A stretch of DNA of 62,236 bases, the filler included. It is 4 parts of 4 records of this genome, joined end to end, with 100 filler letters (N's around TTAATTAATTAA, not from the genome) between each part and the next. Parts side by side here need not be neighbours in the genome. Positions count along the whole stretch, not along the records: positions 49,427 to 62,236 come from SRR20825019_2559; 3 more parts are not named here. One strand, 5' to 3'. Both the position numbers and the translations under genes were made by a program. The notes beneath the pieces are model-generated. The model saw nothing but the letters and a program-made list of their open reading frames with translations, was not told the DNA's origin and made no database searches. Of the stretch, positions 58,704-62,236 are shown in pieces (position 1 is the stretch's first letter; every line of letters begins with the position of its first letter).

Positions 58704-59594
58704 TCAATCAAGAACGCCACACCGAATGGCTTCGGCGACTGCATGCACACGATTTGAAGCGCCCAGTTTTGTCTTTGCGTTGAGAAGATGTTTTTCCGCC
58801 GTATGCTCGGAGATCCCAAGTATCTGCGAGACTTCCCATTCCGATTTTCCAAACGCCGCCCACTGCAGGCATTCCTTCTCCCGCGGCGTCAAACGTGGCA
58901 ACTCGCTCTGTCGATACGACGCATGACCGGGACCGACTTTCTGTCTGGCGCGTTGAAGCTCGCCTCTTACGTCATCTTCCGTGATGGCAAGCCGCTCAGC
59001 GATTTCCGCAATCGACCGGCCCCGGACCGCGAGTTGCAAACATTCCTTTTCGAGACCTTCAAGCTCTGTAAAGCGATCCTTGCCGCGTAAATTCAGTGCG
59101 TGCCCAATCGCGTAGGACGAAGCGAACCAGATCATCTGCAGCTCGGACGCAGACAGTTCAACCCGCTCACCGCCAAAAGACATGACGATCAGATCGCCCT
59201 CAAGAGTGGTGAACGACATGGCAATGCCGTCGGCCAGCCTGAAATCACGTGCCTCGCTCAGAAGCTTTGAGGCTTTGCGCGAGGCGTCATGTGTTTTCAG
59301 AATATCGCGCCATAAAATGGCATTCCCGCTTTGGCGCATATGGTCTACGATTGGATCATGAAAGATGTAGTTGCACGAAACGTAGCGGTCGATCCATTCC
59401 GCTGGCCAGCTGCTGAGCACGATATGCCCGACCTGATCGCCAGGTGTACTGCCCTTCGCGGGAAGTGTGCCGGCGCAAACAGCATGAAGACCGTAGTTTT
59501 CGGTAAACGAAATGAGTGTACTACAAATGGCGAGCGGGCTCCGGGCCTTTTGAATTTGCTGAACAAAGGCCCGTGTCCTCACAAAATCGAACAT
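58704..59594 (-). CDS. LuxR-family regulator with autoinducer-binding domain and tandem HTH
   Basis: W..EW..RY....Y...DP..W; LEKECLQLAVRGRS and REKECLQWAAFGKS HTH units. Confidence 0.85.
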   Translation of the reverse strand: MFDFVRTRAFVQQIQKARSPLAICSTLISFTENYGLHAVCAGTLPAKGSTPGDQVGHIVLSSWPAEWIDRYVSCNYIFHDPIVDHMRQSGNAILWRDILKTHDASRKASKLLSEARDFRLADGIAMSFTTLEGDLIVMSFGGERVELSASELQMIWFASSYAIGHALNLRGKDRFTELEGLEKECLQLAVRGRSIAEIAERLAITEDDVRGELQRARQKVGPGHASYRQSELPRLTPREKECLQWAAFGKSEWEVSQILGISEHTAEKHLLNAKTKLGASNRVHAVAEAIRCGVLD

Positions 59595-59760
59595 ATGTAT
59601 TCGTCCCCGCCGTCATGCCGCCCCGCGCGCAGAATTTTCACGCGTCATCTGACGACTATATACCGCGATGAAGCAAGAATTTAAAAATGTTGAAGAACAG
59701 CCCACAAAACTTTTCATCAAGCCAACTTGCAGAATATTTGCCGGCTATGCGTTAAAAGCA

Positions 59761-60603
59761 ATGAAACTGCCCATTCTTCAAATTGCGATTGCCCTGTTCT
59801 TCTTCTATCCCACGCAGATCACTATCGCAGAGGACACAGCTCCTCCGGGCTTTTGGGAACCCAAGCAACGGCAATCAAAGCCAGACCTTTCCGCTTTGGC
59901 GAGACTGCGTTTTCTGACCACGGTCGATTTCTATCCGTTCAACTATCTGGACGCTGAGAACCGGCTCAGCGGCCTCCATATCGATCTTGCGCGGGAGATT
60001 TGCGCTGAGCTTGAGATGATGGAACGTTGCCAGGTGCAGGCTTTGCCCTGGGATGAACTCGGCCCAGCGATTGAGAACAACCAGGGCGAGGCGATCATCG
60101 CGGGGATGGCGATCACGGCTGAAAACCGAGAGCGCTATCTGTTTTCACGTCCTTATCTACGCTTCCCTGCGCGGCTTGTTACCCGACGCGGAGGGGAGCT
60201 TTCTGAACCGCTTCACGCAAATATCGCCGGCAAACGGATTGGCGTCATCGGCGCCAGCGCCCACGAAATGCTGTTGCGCGATCTCTTCCCGCGGGCGCAA
60301 AGCGTTGTGTATAGCCGGACCGACTGGCTCTTCGACGACCTGAAGTCGGGCAGGATCGATGGCATCTTCGGCGATGGCGTGAAACTGAGCTTCTGGCTTG
60401 CGGGCCGGGACTCCGAAAACTGCTGCGCTTTCGCAGGTGGACCTTATCTGGCGCCAGAATATCTGGGGCAGGGTCTGGCAATCGCCATACCGCGCGGTAT
60501 GCCCCAACTTGCGCAGGCGATCGATTTCGCCCTTCACAACATCGACACAGGCGGGCGTTTCACGGATATTTACCTGCGTTATTTTCCCATTGGTTTCTAC
60601 TGA
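59761..60603 (+). CDS. Amino-acid ABC substrate-binding protein (family 3)
   Basis: DFYPFNY, G.HIDLA, W..L, ITAENR..FS.PY. Confidence 0.85.
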   Translation: MKLPILQIAIALFFFYPTQITIAEDTAPPGFWEPKQRQSKPDLSALARLRFLTTVDFYPFNYLDAENRLSGLHIDLAREICAELEMMERCQVQALPWDELGPAIENNQGEAIIAGMAITAENRERYLFSRPYLRFPARLVTRRGGELSEPLHANIAGKRIGVIGASAHEMLLRDLFPRAQSVVYSRTDWLFDDLKSGRIDGIFGDGVKLSFWLAGRDSENCCAFAGGPYLAPEYLGQGLAIAIPRGMPQLAQAIDFALHNIDTGGRFTDIYLRYFPIGFY

Positions 60604-61439
60604 TCCCGTCGCAACGAGCGAAATGGCAGGGCCAGCATCCAAAGAAGCGTTGCCGTAAAGGTGCCGCGATAGGCGGACAAGCCGATGTCCATGCCCTCAT
60701 GGCCCAGTTTCGGCTGGGCGATATAGGTGCCGAACAAACGATCCCAAAACGGAAAGTTGAAGCCGTAATTGGAATCCGTCTCCCGTCTTATTGTGGAATG
60801 ATGGACGCGATGCATATCCGGGGTCACCACAAGCAGCCGGAGCACTCGATCAAGCCCGAGCGGAAGCCTCACATTCGAGTGGTTGAACATCGACATACCG
60901 TTCAGGACAATCTCGAAAAACAGAACGGATAAAACCGGCGCGCCGAGAAGAACGACAATAACCGCCTTCCATGCCATCGAAAGAAGAATTTCGAGTGGGT
61001 GGAAACGCAGACCTGTGGTCACGTCAAAACCATTGTCGGCATGATGCATGCGATGAATGCGCCACAAGACCGGAATCTTGTGGCTTGCCAGATGTTCGAG
61101 CCAGACCGCGAAATCAAGCACGACAAACGATACCAGTCCCGCGAGAAGCGGATCGACGCCCACGCCGTGGAAGAGCCCAAAGCCACGTGCTTCGGCCCAA
61201 AGCGCAGCTCCCACCGCGGCCGCCGGGAAAACCACCCTGAGCATTACCGATGAAATCAAAACCATGGAAAGATTTGCGAACCACCGGCGCGATTTCAGCG
61301 CACCGGTCATCTCCGGTCGCTCCAGACGTGGCGACCAGAGTTCGTATAGCCCCATGGCTGCAAATATGCCGATGAATGCGAAGAGACGGATTGCCGCTTC
61401 GGAGAACAGAAACGAGGTCATGGCGCCATTATTCCGCAA
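60597..61439 (-). CDS. Sterol desaturase/fatty-acid hydroxylase family protein
   Basis: His boxes EHLASH, HRMHH, FNHSN, HRVHH; WDRLFGT. Confidence 0.88.
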   Translation of the reverse strand: MRNNGAMTSFLFSEAAIRLFAFIGIFAAMGLYELWSPRLERPEMTGALKSRRWFANLSMVLISSVMLRVVFPAAAVGAALWAEARGFGLFHGVGVDPLLAGLVSFVVLDFAVWLEHLASHKIPVLWRIHRMHHADNGFDVTTGLRFHPLEILLSMAWKAVIVVLLGAPVLSVLFFEIVLNGMSMFNHSNVRLPLGLDRVLRLLVVTPDMHRVHHSTIRRETDSNYGFNFPFWDRLFGTYIAQPKLGHEGMDIGLSAYRGTFTATLLWMLALPFRSLRRDQ

Positions 61440-61482
61440 TGCCGATCAAACGCCAGTCACATGCGCTTGAGCGGGCACCCGA

Positions 61483-61896
61483 TCAGGCAAGTGTACGTTT
61501 GCGGGCCTGAACTGTTCGCTCAATGGCCGCTGCCACGAGAGGCTCGAGATGCAGCCGGCTTCGGACGATATGAAGCATGCGCTTTTCTTCAGGCTCGACA
61601 TGCATGTCGGCAGCCGCGACCTCGACCGCCAGTGCATAGGCCGTGTCGTGCAGTTTCGCCGGCACGGTGTCGCGCACGGCACTCAGGATGCGCTCGAGAC
61701 CGCTGTCTTCCTGAAGGATCTGCTGGCACTGACGCGCCACTTCGATAATGCGGTTGTCATCGAATTCCCTGAACACCGGCCAGGAACGAATCGTGTCTCC
61801 GATTATGGCGAGCTCCGCGTCGGTCATGTCCCGGTCAGCGGCCGACATGACAACCATCAAATAGATCAGGGCTTCGTGGGCGGTCGGCTCGGCCAT
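61483..61896 (-). CDS. TerB family protein
   Basis: [18 protein letters not shown] and [10 protein letters not shown]; start set at MAEPTAH. Confidence 0.8.
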   Translation of the reverse strand: MAEPTAHEALIYLMVVMSAADRDMTDAELAIIGDTIRSWPVFREFDDNRIIEVARQCQQILQEDSGLERILSAVRDTVPAKLHDTAYALAVEVAAADMHVEPEEKRMLHIVRSRLHLEPLVAAAIERTVQARKRTLA

Positions 61897-62041
61897 CTCA
61901 ATCTCCGCTGGCAAACAATGGAGCCTGAAAGTAGGTAGCCGGGCGTCATGTCGCAATGAAAAATCGCCGCTTCGATTGACGCACCGCCTGAGCCGCCTTA
62001 CAGGCATTGCTTTTGATGAAACCCAAACCCTGGAAAGCGAC

Positions 62042-62236
62042 ATGACGACGGCAAGCCGAGACGCGCTTGAATTGACGCCCGAAGTGATGGAGGCCGCAGC
62101 CGAAAGCAAGGCCTGGCCCTTCGAAGAAGCGCGCAAAATCGTCAAACGCTACGAGGGCGGCGCCTTCCCCGACACCGTTCTGTTTGAAACGGGCTACGGT
62201 CCCTCCGGTCTGCCCCATATCGGCACCTTCGGCGAA
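62042..62236 (+). CDS. lysS: Class I lysyl-tRNA synthetase, 3' truncated (missing from the ORF track)
   Basis: [65 protein letters not shown]. Confidence 0.93.
   Translation, partial: MTTASRDALELTPEVMEAAAESKAWPFEEARKIVKRYEGGAFPDTVLFETGYGPSGLPHIGTFGE

Noticed and set aside
61483-61896. Tellurite-resistance operon
   Set aside because: A single TerB-like gene next to lysS, with no other ter genes

Overview
This window is not one locus. It is four unrelated contigs joined by identical artificial 100-bp linkers (44 N + TTAATTAATTAA + 44 N) at 13447-13546, 35428-35527 and 49327-49426. Taxonomy below is inferred from gene content and composition. (1) 1-13446 is GC-rich and probably Verrucomicrobia/Opitutae-like. 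It holds a glutaredoxin, a sugar ABC transporter, a deoxyhypusine-synthase-like gene, an ABC-F ATPase, a decayed type II TA pair, an Abi_2/AbiF HEPN gene with a structured upstream RNA, arsR-gapdh-arsJ, an AraC/PhyH pair and several families of intergenic repeats. (2) 13547-35427 is AT-rich Flavobacteriaceae: fadL-GDSL, tig-clpP-clpX-murI, an unusual di-heme peroxidase, brnQ, thiL, three choice-of-anchor-B paralogues (two of them in an apparent operon with an MbnP/MbnH-like pair) and sufA-sufB'. (3) 35528-49326 is Rhizobiales, running between two partial tRNAs: rnhB, an SOS-boxed radical SAM gene, moaB, ispE, TPR, ispB, and a dps/HWE-kinase/PRC-barrel cluster with three EcfG-type promoters. 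(4) 49427-62236 is Rhizobiales: argF'-argD, gcrA, LysR-RidA, a phoR-phoU locus with an apparent pstSCAB deletion scar and no phoB, ppk2, GT2, a double-HTH LuxR solo and a partial class I lysS. The best leads for new biology are the choice-of-anchor-B/MbnPH operon, the AbiF gene with its RNA inside a repeat-bracketed cassette, the reduced Pho locus with an apparently soluble PhoR, and a di-heme enzyme with Lys at the MauG Tyr294-equivalent position. All family calls are by eye from motifs; no searches were run.
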